NCBI GenBank assembly: GCA_038870975.1
Contig: JAVZJD010000002.1
Coordinates: 96,001-160,000 of the forward strand
Length of the DNA stretch: 64,000 nucleotides
Source: Candidatus Bathyarchaeia archaeon
GTDB taxonomy: Archaea; Thermoproteota; CALKCG01; B24
Direction: 5' to 3'
The position numbers and the translations under genes are program-made. Under the pieces are notes generated by a model that saw nothing but the letters and a program-made list of their open reading frames with translations, searched no databases and had not been told where the DNA came from. Position 1 is the stretch's first letter, and each line of letters opens with the position of its first letter. Of the stretch, positions 9,155 to 19,995 are shown in pieces.

Positions 9155-12100
9155 CTATCGAGTGGAGTGGCTGACGTAGACTACTAATTCTACTGGTCTC
9201 TCTACCGTGCCAATATTTACTAAACCTTCTTCCCTACTGTAGTCAGTCCACTCTCTGCCGTCTAACTCCACTTTTTCGATAGGATGTCTAAAGTATACCT
9301 GTATTGATTTCGGCGTTTTCCTCGTAGGTGGGTTTAGCTTCATCCTTATGAAGCCATCTGAGGGTTTTGATTCAACTTCGAAAGATAGTGGTCCGAAGTA
9401 GGTAGCGGCGTCTCTTACAGATATTTGCTTACCGTCTTCAAGCCACTTACGTGGGACAGCCGGCATTAAGATGAGAGTATCCCCCTTCTCGTAGATCAAC
9501 ATAAGCCTTAAACATTGGCAAGCTATGGATTCATCTGAAGTCTTAAAGTGGTCTCCAGCCCAATCAGCCATCGTCGGTAGTGGATGTTCAGTCAGCATTA
9601 GCACATCCGGGTAGAATGCTACGGCGAAGGAGTTGAAGAAAGCCCTCAAAAACCTCTTCACATCCATCCTCAAGAGGTATGGGATTTGAAAGCCGTAGAG
9701 ATTAGGCTGCATTGAGAAGCCGCCTCTGCTGAACCAGTGTCGGTCGAGGTCTGGAACAGTATAGCCATATTTATCTGAAATATACCGGTTGTCTTCATAG
9801 TCTTTCAATATCCACTCCGCCGTCTTAGAGTTTGGATCCACTAGACTACATATTATCAGATGCATAGCTCCCTCCAACGTTTCACGTATCCACCCGGAGT
9901 CTCGACCACGTCTTTCAGGTCTTGAAGGTATGTGTGGAATCCAAGTTCCATCTCTGAGTTTAACCACGGGGCTTCTGATCATAGCCTCCATTACCCCGTT
10001 CAGTATGTCTCTTCCGTATGCTTCAGCTTCACGTTTAAGCCTAGATGCTTCAGGATGGTCTATCTCACTTAAGACTTCCGCTGCGGATTTTAAACCCCTA
10101 TATGCATGAGCATTTGTTGCAATCCAACACCAGAACTCAGTCACATCTTCAAGAGAGCCTGGAGGTAGAAATCCGTACTCGATAACTCGCTTTCCATTGG
10201 CATCAGTCTTCATCGTAGCTTTGCGTTCTTCTATTATCCAGTTGCAGGCTTCAACCAGGTTGGAAGCTACTCTTTTAAGCCACTCCTTATCTCCAGTGTA
10301 TCTGTAGTGTTCTGCAAAAGCCCATAAAACCCAACCGTGATGCTGACCATACTCTCCACATTCATATCCCCCGGCGCCGTAGAAGACGCCTTTGGAAGTA
10401 GAGTATCTACCAGCCATGACGGCAGTACCCTGGTAATGCGTAAAGACTTCAAGCCTCCGCTCGGCTTCGTCATGTAAACCTCTTCTATCCAATTCACTTA
10501 TTACCATAGCGCTTTCATTTGCAAAAACCCCGTAGTTGAAAGAGCTTACCCTGCACATGTATCTTTGAGAATTGGGCTCCTTATCATCCGTTATGTAGAC
10601 GTGGCTTAAATAAGCCTTGTAGAAGTCGTTCAACCACCTATCTGGAACGTGGATCTGCATACCTCTACCGAGCAAACTCCTCCAGTATTTGACAATCTTC
10701 GCTTTCTCCGCTTCATAGTCTAAGCTTTTCAACTTCTCAAATTCGAAGCTTTCAAGTAGCGTAATAGATGGAATCTTCACGTAAATATTGTGAGATTCAC
10801 CCGGGTTTATGTCAACTGTGTATAGAAGACTACCATCTAGACTTTTAACGTCTCCACGCCCCCTCAAATCAAGCATGTATCTAAGTCTCCGACTCGGAGC
10901 CTTCTCTGGATACAGAGCGTAGATAAACCCATCTTCGTAAATCAGTTGCTCTTCTACCCCTTTAACATCACGCCAGTAACTTTTACACGTCGATGTAAAC
11001 TTCAAGCTTAAGCTTTTACGTGATAAGGCTTGAGATGTAAACGTCAGCCTCACCATGCATACGATTGGGTCGTCTCCATCTATAAACTCCTCCCCCTTAA
11101 GGTCGTCGAGAGCGTCCTTAAATAGGAGAGTAGCGAAAACCTCCTGTTCATAAACTATGCCGTCTTCAACCCATTTTGCACGTACAATCGGTAGAAAACC
11201 CTCCTCCAAAGTCCTCTCTTCAGGCTCGGAGTCTGGAAGTCCAAAGCCATACGCTACGGTATCGCCTTCCCATAGAAACCTATCGGAGTATCTACCTTTC
11301 ACTCTAACGTTCCAAAGCTTTGGAATGAACACTACGCCTTTAGTATCTACTCCAAACTTCTGCCTACGCCCCTTACATCCGACTATGAAGTGTATACTCT
11401 TCTTCTTTTTAGGCATCTCCCTCCAAGCTCTCTCAAGCGTCTGCTCAGGCATCTTCCCGATTAAATCGTATATCGATGCTAAACCCTTCTCGGAAAGCTC
11501 ACGCTTATAGGCTTCAAGTTTAAGCTTCTTAGACGTCTTTGAGATAAGGACGTCATAGTCTCCTATGAATATCGCCTCCTCTCTTTCCAAGTCTCTCATT
11601 GAGAAGGAGAAGCTGAACGCTTTAGACCTAACTGTAACAATCGTCTCGTCGAAGCTATCCGCTTTATTACTATGCGTATACCAGATTCTAGCTTCAACCC
11701 CACCTGTCTCATCGCGTTCAACCTTCGACCTCCAAGAATTCTCTGATACAACCTCAACCCTACTATTGGACAGGGGCTTCAGACCCGCTAACTCGCCATT
11801 AAATACTTCAATAAAGCCATCCCAAGTCCTTTCACAATCGCCTCCACAACCCCACTCAATAGAGACATCCATAATCTTCCAAGTGGAATCCGTGTATACT
11901 TCAAAACTTTCAACTTCAGGTAAGTCCTTAGAAGATACTAGTCTAATTTTCAAAGTCCTACGGTATTCGACATCGTAATCTTTAACCTCTGGAAACTCTA
12001 CGCTGACGGGTTTAAATTTAAACGTCCAAACAAGCCCATTGGCATCTAGGTAAAATTCAGCATCCCTCCATTGGCCATTATAGAAGTCGTCTATAGGACT

Positions 12101-12337
12101 CCAGCCTGAGAATCCAGCACCAACAGCCTCCCTAAACCTAGGCCAATGACACTGCCAATACTGAAGTCTAACATCTTCCCCTTTTAAATCACTAGGTGGA
12201 GATTTAAAACGTACAACTACAGCATAAACGTCCCTAGGGTCACTCCATAAAACACCAAGCTCCCTAGGTTTAACCCAAGACTCACCGTACCTCGCAACAT
12301 TCACATAAGCATTCTTCCTAGGAATGGAGTAAGACAT
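9155..12337 (-). CDS. Large putative glycoside hydrolase with C-terminal (alpha/alpha)6 barrel
   Basis: EHYRYTGDKEWL, GSLED...W.ATNA, LMPAVPRKWL...TYFG pattern typical of six-hairpin glycosidases; glycan-gene neighbourhood. Confidence 0.6.
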   Translation of the reverse strand: MSYSIPRKNAYVNVARYGESWVKPRELGVLWSDPRDVYAVVVRFKSPPSDLKGEDVRLQYWQCHWPRFREAVGAGFSGWSPIDDFYNGQWRDAEFYLDANGLVWTFKFKPVSVEFPEVKDYDVEYRRTLKIRLVSSKDLPEVESFEVYTDSTWKIMDVSIEWGCGGDCERTWDGFIEVFNGELAGLKPLSNSRVEVVSENSWRSKVERDETGGVEARIWYTHSNKADSFDETIVTVRSKAFSFSFSMRDLEREEAIFIGDYDVLISKTSKKLKLEAYKRELSEKGLASIYDLIGKMPEQTLERAWREMPKKKKSIHFIVGCKGRRQKFGVDTKGVVFIPKLWNVRVKGRYSDRFLWEGDTVAYGFGLPDSEPEERTLEEGFLPIVRAKWVEDGIVYEQEVFATLLFKDALDDLKGEEFIDGDDPIVCMVRLTFTSQALSRKSLSLKFTSTCKSYWRDVKGVEEQLIYEDGFIYALYPEKAPSRRLRYMLDLRGRGDVKSLDGSLLYTVDINPGESHNIYVKIPSITLLESFEFEKLKSLDYEAEKAKIVKYWRSLLGRGMQIHVPDRWLNDFYKAYLSHVYITDDKEPNSQRYMCRVSSFNYGVFANESAMVISELDRRGLHDEAERRLEVFTHYQGTAVMAGRYSTSKGVFYGAGGYECGEYGQHHGWVLWAFAEHYRYTGDKEWLKRVASNLVEACNWIIEERKATMKTDANGKRVIEYGFLPPGSLEDVTEFWCWIATNAHAYRGLKSAAEVLSEIDHPEASRLKREAEAYGRDILNGVMEAMIRSPVVKLRDGTWIPHIPSRPERRGRDSGWIRETLEGAMHLIICSLVDPNSKTAEWILKDYEDNRYISDKYGYTVPDLDRHWFSRGGFSMQPNLYGFQIPYLLRMDVKRFLRAFFNSFAVAFYPDVLMLTEHPLPTMADWAGDHFKTSDESIACQCLRLMLIYEKGDTLILMPAVPRKWLEDGKQISVRDAATYFGPLSFEVESKPSDGFIRMKLNPPTRKTPKSIQVYFRHPIEKVELDGREWTDYSREEGLVNIGTVERPVELVVYVSHSTR

Positions 12338-12517
12338 GTCAAACTACAATCTTACTTACTATTTCAATAGATAAAAGCCTTGTAGGAGCGTCTAACATTG
12401 AACTCTATCTTCACTTCACCGTGAATTAAGCCAATTTTGATAATGGAAAGAGAAAATACTATGATAAACCTCAAAATGCGATTCGATTCCTTCTTAACGA
12501 CGTGTTTTTTATGGTAT

Positions 12518-15058
12518 CTAAAGTTTGAGTTTCAACGTTTTTATTTCGTTATGTGAAACTAGTATTTTAGATAAGCTTTCAATTTTACGTATTTCCCTTT
12601 CAAGTATATCCGTCTCATATATTTCTCTCGGCTTATAAGGAATTGATACTTCAGCATCGACGTTATTCCCATGTGTCTCGTAAAACCTGATTACTATTGC
12701 ATTTCCACAGTCTTCCGCTTTTTTAAGAGCTGTTACCACTATGTTTTCCGGTTTAGCTTCGAGGAATGAGAAGCTTCTAGGTAGGTTTCCAACGTGTCTG
12801 TCTTCAAATCTGCTAATCAGCGGATAGTTGAACTCGTATGCTTTCCTCACTGTTTGAGACTCCCTCCAGTCTCCTCTATGTGGATATAGTGCGAAGCTGA
12901 ACCTATGCATACCCTGATCGGCTATATTCTCCTCACGTAGGAATGCTTCTTCAGATCCACCCCATCTAGGAGGATACCTTGGACTTCTGAGTAGAGACAT
13001 TCTAACTGCGTCGCCAGCCTGATCATAGCCATATTTAGAGTCGTTCAGTATGGATAAGCCAAATTTCCCATCTTCAGAAGTATAATCCACCCATTTTTGA
13101 CATGGGGCTTCATACTTAGCTCTCTCGTAGAGTGTTGCATCTGGAGATAGAGGGCTTCTACGCTTGATGTAGCCATACGGTATTTCACAAGTCGTATAAT
13201 CGCTGTGGAAGTTGAATGGCACAGTTAACTTAGCCATTCTATGAGCCGCATGCCAGTCGACTTCAAAGTCCATGCGTATCGTCGGTAGGCCGGAGTACAA
13301 TCTAATGTACACGTTGAATGTTGAGTCCTTTCTACCGTCCTGTTTAAACCTATACTTAACCAGTACAGTAGCTCTTACAGGGCCTCTCTCTAAGACTTTG
13401 ACTTCTTCAGCCTCCCTAAGATCGACGTACTTTACACCGCCTGGTTGAGTGTATATGTAGACTTCCCAAGCGTCGAAAATAGCGGCGTCGAAATCGTAGA
13501 AGAGTGTTCTTCTACCTGGATATGGATAGTCTTCGAAAACCTGAATCCTAACACCTCCACCGCCTATGAGGTTTAACCCGAGCTCTTTATCGTAGAGCTC
13601 CTCTATTACGCCGGTCTTCTCTCCGATGGATAATTTAACCTTGGAGTTTTCAAGGATTATCTTCCCATCCAGCCTGAATACTCTAACGTCTGTTTGATAG
13701 TTCCTCCAGGCGTCTACGGGTTTAAGCCTATACACTGTGTATCCTAGCGACGGGGCTTCAGCTATGATGAGCATCTTCTTCCCATCATCTACCAGTTGTA
13801 GTGGAATACTTACACCAGCTGGGTCTAATACTTCAAAAGGCTTTTCAACGTCGGCTAATTCGACTTCTACTACGTCTCTCCTACCCCAGGACAGTGGGTT
13901 GAATATGAGCAACGGTTGCCCCTCTAATTGCGTATCCACTTTAGAGGTTATGGTTTTTAAAGCCTTATCGAGAGCTTTCGATGAGAATTCTAGAAGCTCT
14001 TTAAAATCTCTCTCACAATCTCCATATATCTCCCGTATACCGGAGCCGGATATAGTATCGTGGAATTGATGCAACATTATCTTCTTCCAAAACTCTCGCA
14101 ACTCATCTTTCGGATATTCTCCACCCACGATGCTTGCGATTAGTGAAAACCTTTCAACTTCATCGATTAAAACCTCAGACCTTCTATTGATCTGTTTAAA
14201 CCTAGATTGTGTAGTGTAAACTCCCCTGTGGTATTGAAGGTACAATTCATCGGAGACGACTGGAATATTAGCCTTACCCGAATACTGTTCAAGCGTTCTA
14301 AAGTAGTCGATAGCCCTAGTACTACATACTTTAGCCGGTAGATTCGTACTTTCAACCCACTTAGACAATGTTTCCAAGTCGCTCTTCCTAGGCCCTCCAC
14401 CGTGATCTCCAACACCGTACAGTATCAGCAGGTCTTCAATACCGTGAAGGTACTTAAGCATCATAATTTGACGGTTGAACCGTCCAATGTTCTCATCCCT
14501 AATCTCTTCACTATAGCTTCCCAAGGTTTGATGTGAAAGTATCCTCGTTCCATCCGGCGACTCCCAGAAGAATACGTTAAATGGATAGTAGACCATATCG
14601 TTCCAAGACAACTTCTGAGTTAAAAAGTACTTTATACCAGATTTAGCCATTATCTGAGGTAGAGTCCAAGCAAACCCGAAGCTATCGGGTAACCAGCCGA
14701 CTTCAACATAAGATCCAAACCTCTCCTTAAAATACCTCTGCCCATAGAGGAACTGCCTTGCTAGAGACTCGCCTGAAGGCATGTTAGCGTCAAATTCAAC
14801 CCATGAGCCGCCTACAACCTCCCAACGGCCTTCTTCAATCCTCCTCTTGATTTCTCCGAAGATTTCGGGGTAGAGCTTCTCCATAATCTCATAATAACAT
14901 GCACTGCTCTGGCAGAATGTAAACATCGGATATTCTCTCATAAAGTTTAACACAGAATTAAATGTCTCCCTACAGACTTCCAACGTCTCTTTAAATGTCC
15001 AAAGCCATTCAGCGTCTATATGAGCATGTCCAATTAAATGCCACCTAGCCATAATCAT
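12518..15058 (-). CDS. Alpha-mannosidase, GH38
   Basis: GHAHIDAEWLW, WLPDSFG, GDHGGG, HQFHDTI motifs. Confidence 0.93.
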   Translation of the reverse strand: MIMARWHLIGHAHIDAEWLWTFKETLEVCRETFNSVLNFMREYPMFTFCQSSACYYEIMEKLYPEIFGEIKRRIEEGRWEVVGGSWVEFDANMPSGESLARQFLYGQRYFKERFGSYVEVGWLPDSFGFAWTLPQIMAKSGIKYFLTQKLSWNDMVYYPFNVFFWESPDGTRILSHQTLGSYSEEIRDENIGRFNRQIMMLKYLHGIEDLLILYGVGDHGGGPRKSDLETLSKWVESTNLPAKVCSTRAIDYFRTLEQYSGKANIPVVSDELYLQYHRGVYTTQSRFKQINRRSEVLIDEVERFSLIASIVGGEYPKDELREFWKKIMLHQFHDTISGSGIREIYGDCERDFKELLEFSSKALDKALKTITSKVDTQLEGQPLLIFNPLSWGRRDVVEVELADVEKPFEVLDPAGVSIPLQLVDDGKKMLIIAEAPSLGYTVYRLKPVDAWRNYQTDVRVFRLDGKIILENSKVKLSIGEKTGVIEELYDKELGLNLIGGGGVRIQVFEDYPYPGRRTLFYDFDAAIFDAWEVYIYTQPGGVKYVDLREAEEVKVLERGPVRATVLVKYRFKQDGRKDSTFNVYIRLYSGLPTIRMDFEVDWHAAHRMAKLTVPFNFHSDYTTCEIPYGYIKRRSPLSPDATLYERAKYEAPCQKWVDYTSEDGKFGLSILNDSKYGYDQAGDAVRMSLLRSPRYPPRWGGSEEAFLREENIADQGMHRFSFALYPHRGDWRESQTVRKAYEFNYPLISRFEDRHVGNLPRSFSFLEAKPENIVVTALKKAEDCGNAIVIRFYETHGNNVDAEVSIPYKPREIYETDILEREIRKIESLSKILVSHNEIKTLKLKL

Positions 15059-15295
15059 TCACCGAAATACATCAATTATGTCTACACTATCCATATAAAA
15101 GCTTATTTTTCAGAGAAGCCGCACTGTATTCTCCAAGAGTTTTAACCACCTATTCAGAATCTTTTATTTTCTTACTGTAGATACACATTAAATTTGTGGG
15201 GCAATTAGTGTGATAATCGAAATGGGAGAAAACTTACCATTGTATGTTTTTAGGACTCAATGTTAACTTAACCCTACATGGGCTATTTACAATGT

Positions 15296-15721
15296 CTAAC
15301 CTTTAACGCTGGTCCTAATCTTGTGTTCTCCTCTAAACCTCCAGAGACCGATTCTAGGTGATAGTATCTCTATTTCAAGCTCCTCTATAACAGCATCCGA
15401 TAAAAGTATCTCCTGCTCATACGTTGAGATTATAGCATTGCAACGGATAGTCTTTGACAACCTATCTACTTCAACGACGTTTAAATCCAAAGCACTGGGG
15501 ATAAAATAGCTTAAAACTTCTCCACCAGGAGTATCTAGAGTCTCTAAAACGGCGTCGACTGGTGGTGGCCATAACTCTAAAGTCTCAGCTACTTTACATG
15601 GCAGATGTATATCTAAGCTTTCTGTAGTAAAGCCTGTGTTAAGTAGAGCTGGAGCTGTTAGTACGACATCCTTCACCACGTTTTTTATCCTCACATTCAC
15701 TCTCACTGGCAACGGCTCCAC
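15296..15721 (-). CDS. Retropepsin-like (clan AA) protein with NTG instead of DTG
   Basis: ALLNTGF and E.LLSD.....L.I pattern; 141 aa. Confidence 0.65.
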   Translation of the reverse strand: MEPLPVRVNVRIKNVVKDVVLTAPALLNTGFTTESLDIHLPCKVAETLELWPPPVDAVLETLDTPGGEVLSYFIPSALDLNVVEVDRLSKTIRCNAIISTYEQEILLSDAVIEELEIEILSPRIGLWRFRGEHKIRTSVKG

Positions 15722-15939
15722 CCTTCATAGGAACTATTCGCCCTAACTTAATACCTCTCTTCATTCTACCGAGCCTCTTCTTAGGCTTAAGCACAACGGG
15801 GCTCGTCATAAAACCGTCATATAACCTATTGAGTGATTCAACTAATTAAGTTTTGACCTTAAAACTCTCTAATATTTAGAGAAACTCAGATGTATGGATT
15901 ACTGCAGGTAGATATGTTTAAACCGCTTTAGGCAATACT

Positions 15940-17013
15940 GTGGTGGTGGGGTTTTTGAACGTTGAAGGGAGGCTTTATTCAAAGACTACGGGTTTTATGA
16001 AATCCTTCCATGGTGTTAGAAGAAACAGGGTGGACGATATATTCGATAGAAGGCTTTACATAGTATCAGAGCAAGGTATTCTCGTGGAAAACTATCTGAG
16101 GAAGCACCCTAAAATGGCGTTTAACCCTGGAGTACTACTGGAGGATAAAACATTGACTGTCTTTCCGAGGCTTATCTTTGACTACTACACGTATACATCT
16201 AGTATCGGGCTTTTCAAGCTAAACGTAGACGATTTAATAAATGGGGAGGTAGACCTCCCTGTTCACGCGAACATCATACTATGGCCTAAAATGTTATGGG
16301 AGTTTAGAGGCTGTGAAGATGCACGTACATTTAAAAGGGAAGATGGCTGTTTGATACTGCTGTATACTGGCTATGGGTATTTACATGAAAACGGTAGACT
16401 TAATACGACGATAGTTCAAGCATACGGCAGATTTGATGACTATTACAATTGCACTATGAGAAACTTCTTTAAAATCGGAACACTTGAAGGTGATGTCTTC
16501 CTGCCCAAGGCGAATAAAGACTCGGCATTCATAGACATGGAGGCAGATGAAGCAGTTATGTTGACTAGACCGCTTGTGGGAGACGTTGAAATCTGCTGGA
16601 GGTGTAGAGCAAACATACGGGAGGCAGTAATCTACGAGGAAACTATGGAGCCTGTACTACCCTTCGAAGATTGGGAGTGGAAGGTAGGCTGGTCGACGAA
16701 CGTTGTTAAAATATCTTCAAACGAGTATTTAATTGGATGGCATGGCATCCATAAGGAAGACTACTCGTATAGGAGTGGGTTGGCGTTGGTTGATCGAGAG
16801 GGGGAGTTGCTGGCTGTAAGCGACTACATACTGGCTCCAAAGGGTTTAAATGAAGAGTATGGCGATAGACCACTGGTAATATTTGGAAACGGTTTAGCGA
16901 TTTACGGGGAAATCCTCATATGGGTTGGAGGTGTAAGCGATTACGCAATAGGTTTCTTCACAACTGAGCTCGATAGAGCATTAGAATCGTTAAAATGGAT
17001 AAAGAGGAGTTAG
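15940..17013 (+). CDS. GH130-like / DUF377 glycosidase or phosphorylase
   Basis: AFNPG, GCEDAR, NKD, VIFGNG beta-propeller motifs; true start may lie downstream. Confidence 0.8.
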   Translation: MVVGFLNVEGRLYSKTTGFMKSFHGVRRNRVDDIFDRRLYIVSEQGILVENYLRKHPKMAFNPGVLLEDKTLTVFPRLIFDYYTYTSSIGLFKLNVDDLINGEVDLPVHANIILWPKMLWEFRGCEDARTFKREDGCLILLYTGYGYLHENGRLNTTIVQAYGRFDDYYNCTMRNFFKIGTLEGDVFLPKANKDSAFIDMEADEAVMLTRPLVGDVEICWRCRANIREAVIYEETMEPVLPFEDWEWKVGWSTNVVKISSNEYLIGWHGIHKEDYSYRSGLALVDREGELLAVSDYILAPKGLNEEYGDRPLVIFGNGLAIYGEILIWVGGVSDYAIGFFTTELDRALESLKWIKRS

Positions 17014-17065
17014 CATCTACTATCTACCTATTTAAAAGTTGCATAGTGTTTGGCGGAGGGGAATT

Positions 17066-18715
17066 TTAGCCTACGGATTCAAGCTCGTTTATAAGCTTTA
17101 ATCTTATGGAGAGGAGCTCCCTAGAAGTTCTAACGTATTCTGTGATGCTTCTAACCGCTAGGTTGCATAGTCCAACGGCTTCATTTAATCCCCTCTTCTC
17201 TGCGAGTAGTTTTAGCATTTCGTAGTCTTCAACACCGTCTCTTAAAGCTTCAAACCTTATCGAGTCTAGAGGACCTGACTTACCCGGGTAAACTATGAAA
17301 GCGTCTCCTGGGGGCAGTGGAAACGGATGGTGGGGTTCATTTTCAACGTCTTCAAAGGGCTTCTCAGTCCAATAGTTGTAGCCCCAGTGTAGATATCCTT
17401 CAAGCCCATACTTGAAGTTTATCCAGTGAAGTATTCTAACTTTTACGAGGGAGTAATCTATAAGTCTATTGGGGTATCTTCCAGTTGGAGCTAAGCATGT
17501 GTAAAACCAAACTTCATTACCCTTCTTTTTACGCTCTTCGTAGAAGCTCATGTTTCTATCGTAGTCGTCTAGTAGTGGGACGACTACGTTGATGTAATCT
17601 ACAAGCTGTTTACAGGTTGAGGCTTCTATCGTCCTTATCCTGGGGGCGTATTTTCTAACTAGGCTTACAATAAGCTTATAGCTTTCAGCATTACGGTCTA
17701 TAGGCTCATCTGCTATGTGTTGAAGGTAGTTATCCAATAGCCCTATGTCCTCTAGGTGGTTTTGAAGAGCTGGCATAAACTGAGATATGAATTTCTCAAA
17801 AATTGGGTTCGATACTTTAACAGGCTCCTGCACGTATGCAAGACTACCATCCCTATTCAATACGCGGTAGGATGCTGAGAGGAATTCTGGAACAGTCCAC
17901 CATCCTTCAACCGTTCTAGGGGGTCTACCCGCTAAATAGCCGCCTTCTACGATTCCTATAACGCCCGCCTCTTTGAATAGGTTAATCCAGCGGTCTAGAA
18001 GTTGGAAGTCAAATTCTAGTCCGTCATCACCTTTATAGATTCGAGTCAACTCTAGAATCGGAGTTATTATACTGCTCTGTCTGTGTTCAGCCATATTCTT
18101 TGCGTATGCTTTCAGTAGGCTCCAGTGCTCTTCACTCCAAAGCCTCACGTTGTAGAACTTACTTATATTGTATGGGCTTAGAAAGTTTGAGAGCTTTAGC
18201 GTCCTCCTATCTGGAAGGGTAATATCATGTACTTTTAAATCGATCTTCACAACCTCTTCGTGGAATCCCTTAAGCAACATTTCGCCGTGGTAGTTTCCAG
18301 GGGGAACATCCTTAGGTACGTGTACCGTCAGCCAAATCGGTTGATTTTCACCCATCCTGAGTTTAACGGCCTCTTCTTCGAGTAGTGGGTCTGGAAACAG
18401 GTCTGGGGCTTTACGGACGAGTTCTTCAGGAGGCGTATTAGGAGTATTACGCTTCACAGGTACATATCCTACAAACCTTGAATAGACTTTCGTTATCACG
18501 TACTCGTTAGACTCATGTCTAAGACTAGTAACATATACTCTGAACGTATCAACATCTTCAAATGGTCTTACTACGATTTGAGCCGCCTCATACTCGTTGC
18601 GAACAGCATCTATAGAGACCACTCTAGCGGCATCTTCAGGTTTAGCAGAGTCTTTGAAGACCTTGGTGAGAGAATCTTGAACCCACACGTCGAAGGAATC
18701 CATAACTCTACACAA
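17066..18715 (-). CDS. DUF4091-domain glycoside hydrolase (GH123-like)
   Basis: RNEYEAAQ, ADEP, W.Y.C, GYLHWGYN, PGD...YP, SIRFEALRDGVEDYE. Confidence 0.8.
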   Translation of the reverse strand: MCRVMDSFDVWVQDSLTKVFKDSAKPEDAARVVSIDAVRNEYEAAQIVVRPFEDVDTFRVYVTSLRHESNEYVITKVYSRFVGYVPVKRNTPNTPPEELVRKAPDLFPDPLLEEEAVKLRMGENQPIWLTVHVPKDVPPGNYHGEMLLKGFHEEVVKIDLKVHDITLPDRRTLKLSNFLSPYNISKFYNVRLWSEEHWSLLKAYAKNMAEHRQSSIITPILELTRIYKGDDGLEFDFQLLDRWINLFKEAGVIGIVEGGYLAGRPPRTVEGWWTVPEFLSASYRVLNRDGSLAYVQEPVKVSNPIFEKFISQFMPALQNHLEDIGLLDNYLQHIADEPIDRNAESYKLIVSLVRKYAPRIRTIEASTCKQLVDYINVVVPLLDDYDRNMSFYEERKKKGNEVWFYTCLAPTGRYPNRLIDYSLVKVRILHWINFKYGLEGYLHWGYNYWTEKPFEDVENEPHHPFPLPPGDAFIVYPGKSGPLDSIRFEALRDGVEDYEMLKLLAEKRGLNEAVGLCNLAVRSITEYVRTSRELLSIRLKLINELESVG

Positions 18716-18779
18716 TATCTATTAGATAGTGGATTAGCTTAAATACGTAATCCTGCCTCTTTAGGTTTAGCCGACGGCG

Positions 18780-19943
18780 CTACCTGTTTCCTCTAATCGT
18801 TTCAATCATCGCGGTTATATTCTCCCTAGGCGTACCGGGGACTATGTAGTTTGAAACACCTACTATTATCCCCCTACTCCTCTTCGCCTCTCTTAGACAT
18901 GAGAGTGTTTCAAAGACTACTTCTTCCACCGTTCCAAAGTGTAGAGTATATGAGCTTATATTTCCAATAAGCACGAGCTGTGGAAAACGCTCCCTAAGCC
19001 TACGTAGATCCATTCCAGCCCTCCGATCTATCTCATAGTAGCCGTCAACCCCCGACCTACTGAAGAGGTCGTCAGCCACAGGCCACAGATTTCCATCACT
19101 GCCGAAAAGGTAGTAAATACCATGTTTATGGCACTCTTCAGTAACCATCTGTAGCCTAGGTAGTACGAGCTCGCGGAAAAGCCTAGGGGAGTAGCAGACA
19201 CCCCTATTTGAGGCAAAATCTCCTCCGCCGAAGAGCAATTTTACCCCGGCTTTAGCAAAACACCTTATCTGTCTTATGGCAACTTTTACTTGCATGTCCA
19301 AATATTGAGCAGCTAGGTTTGGTCTCGACACCATAGCCATAAGCCACACCGGGTCCTCAGTAAGACCTATACCTATGTTTCCTCCGTTTACTCGAATAGC
19401 ATATTCCCTACCGTATTTTTCCATCAAATAGCTTATTTCATTGAAGTCCTCCAGCTTAGGATTGTAATTCTCAAGCCACTCCTCCATTTCAGACAAGTAC
19501 TTTTCGATTTGCTTAAAACGGATGCTTATGGGAAGCCTATGCTTGGGAGGATATTCTTCGACTATATTGAATAGTTCAGAGCTTGGTGTGAAACGTCTAA
19601 TATGCCACTCCCCCTCAGGATTGCCGTATAGGAAAGTATATTCGTCTATCTTTCTCGTAGGCTTCAATGGTAGCCTCCAGTAGTGGAAACGTATTATGTC
19701 TTGGTCTGTTGCTTTGGCTACTTCAAAAGCGTCTTCAATCGACCTTTTTAAGAATTCTCGATGCGCCTCTTCACCATCCCATAATGCTTTAGACTCTCTC
19801 CACTGCTGTATTCCACCTCCAACGTAGGCTTCACGCCCTAGGATTTTTGAAGCAGCATCCCCAGAGAAACCTATGTGATGTATTGGTACCTTATCGGTAG
19901 GCTCATGTTCAAACGTTGCTAGGATTCTCTCCCTAGGCGTCAT
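18780..19943 (-). CDS. Uroporphyrinogen decarboxylase superfamily protein
   Basis: MTPRERI..TF.HEP.DKVP start; GGDFAS, SDGN, MDL..LR, GNIS motifs. Confidence 0.85.
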   Translation of the reverse strand: MTPRERILATFEHEPTDKVPIHHIGFSGDAASKILGREAYVGGGIQQWRESKALWDGEEAHREFLKRSIEDAFEVAKATDQDIIRFHYWRLPLKPTRKIDEYTFLYGNPEGEWHIRRFTPSSELFNIVEEYPPKHRLPISIRFKQIEKYLSEMEEWLENYNPKLEDFNEISYLMEKYGREYAIRVNGGNIGIGLTEDPVWLMAMVSRPNLAAQYLDMQVKVAIRQIRCFAKAGVKLLFGGGDFASNRGVCYSPRLFRELVLPRLQMVTEECHKHGIYYLFGSDGNLWPVADDLFSRSGVDGYYEIDRRAGMDLRRLRERFPQLVLIGNISSYTLHFGTVEEVVFETLSCLREAKRSRGIIVGVSNYIVPGTPRENITAMIETIRGNR

Positions 19944-19995
19944 ATGCTTCCCCGCGCTACTGTAGGCAGCTGATACTTTAACTTCGCTATTCAGT

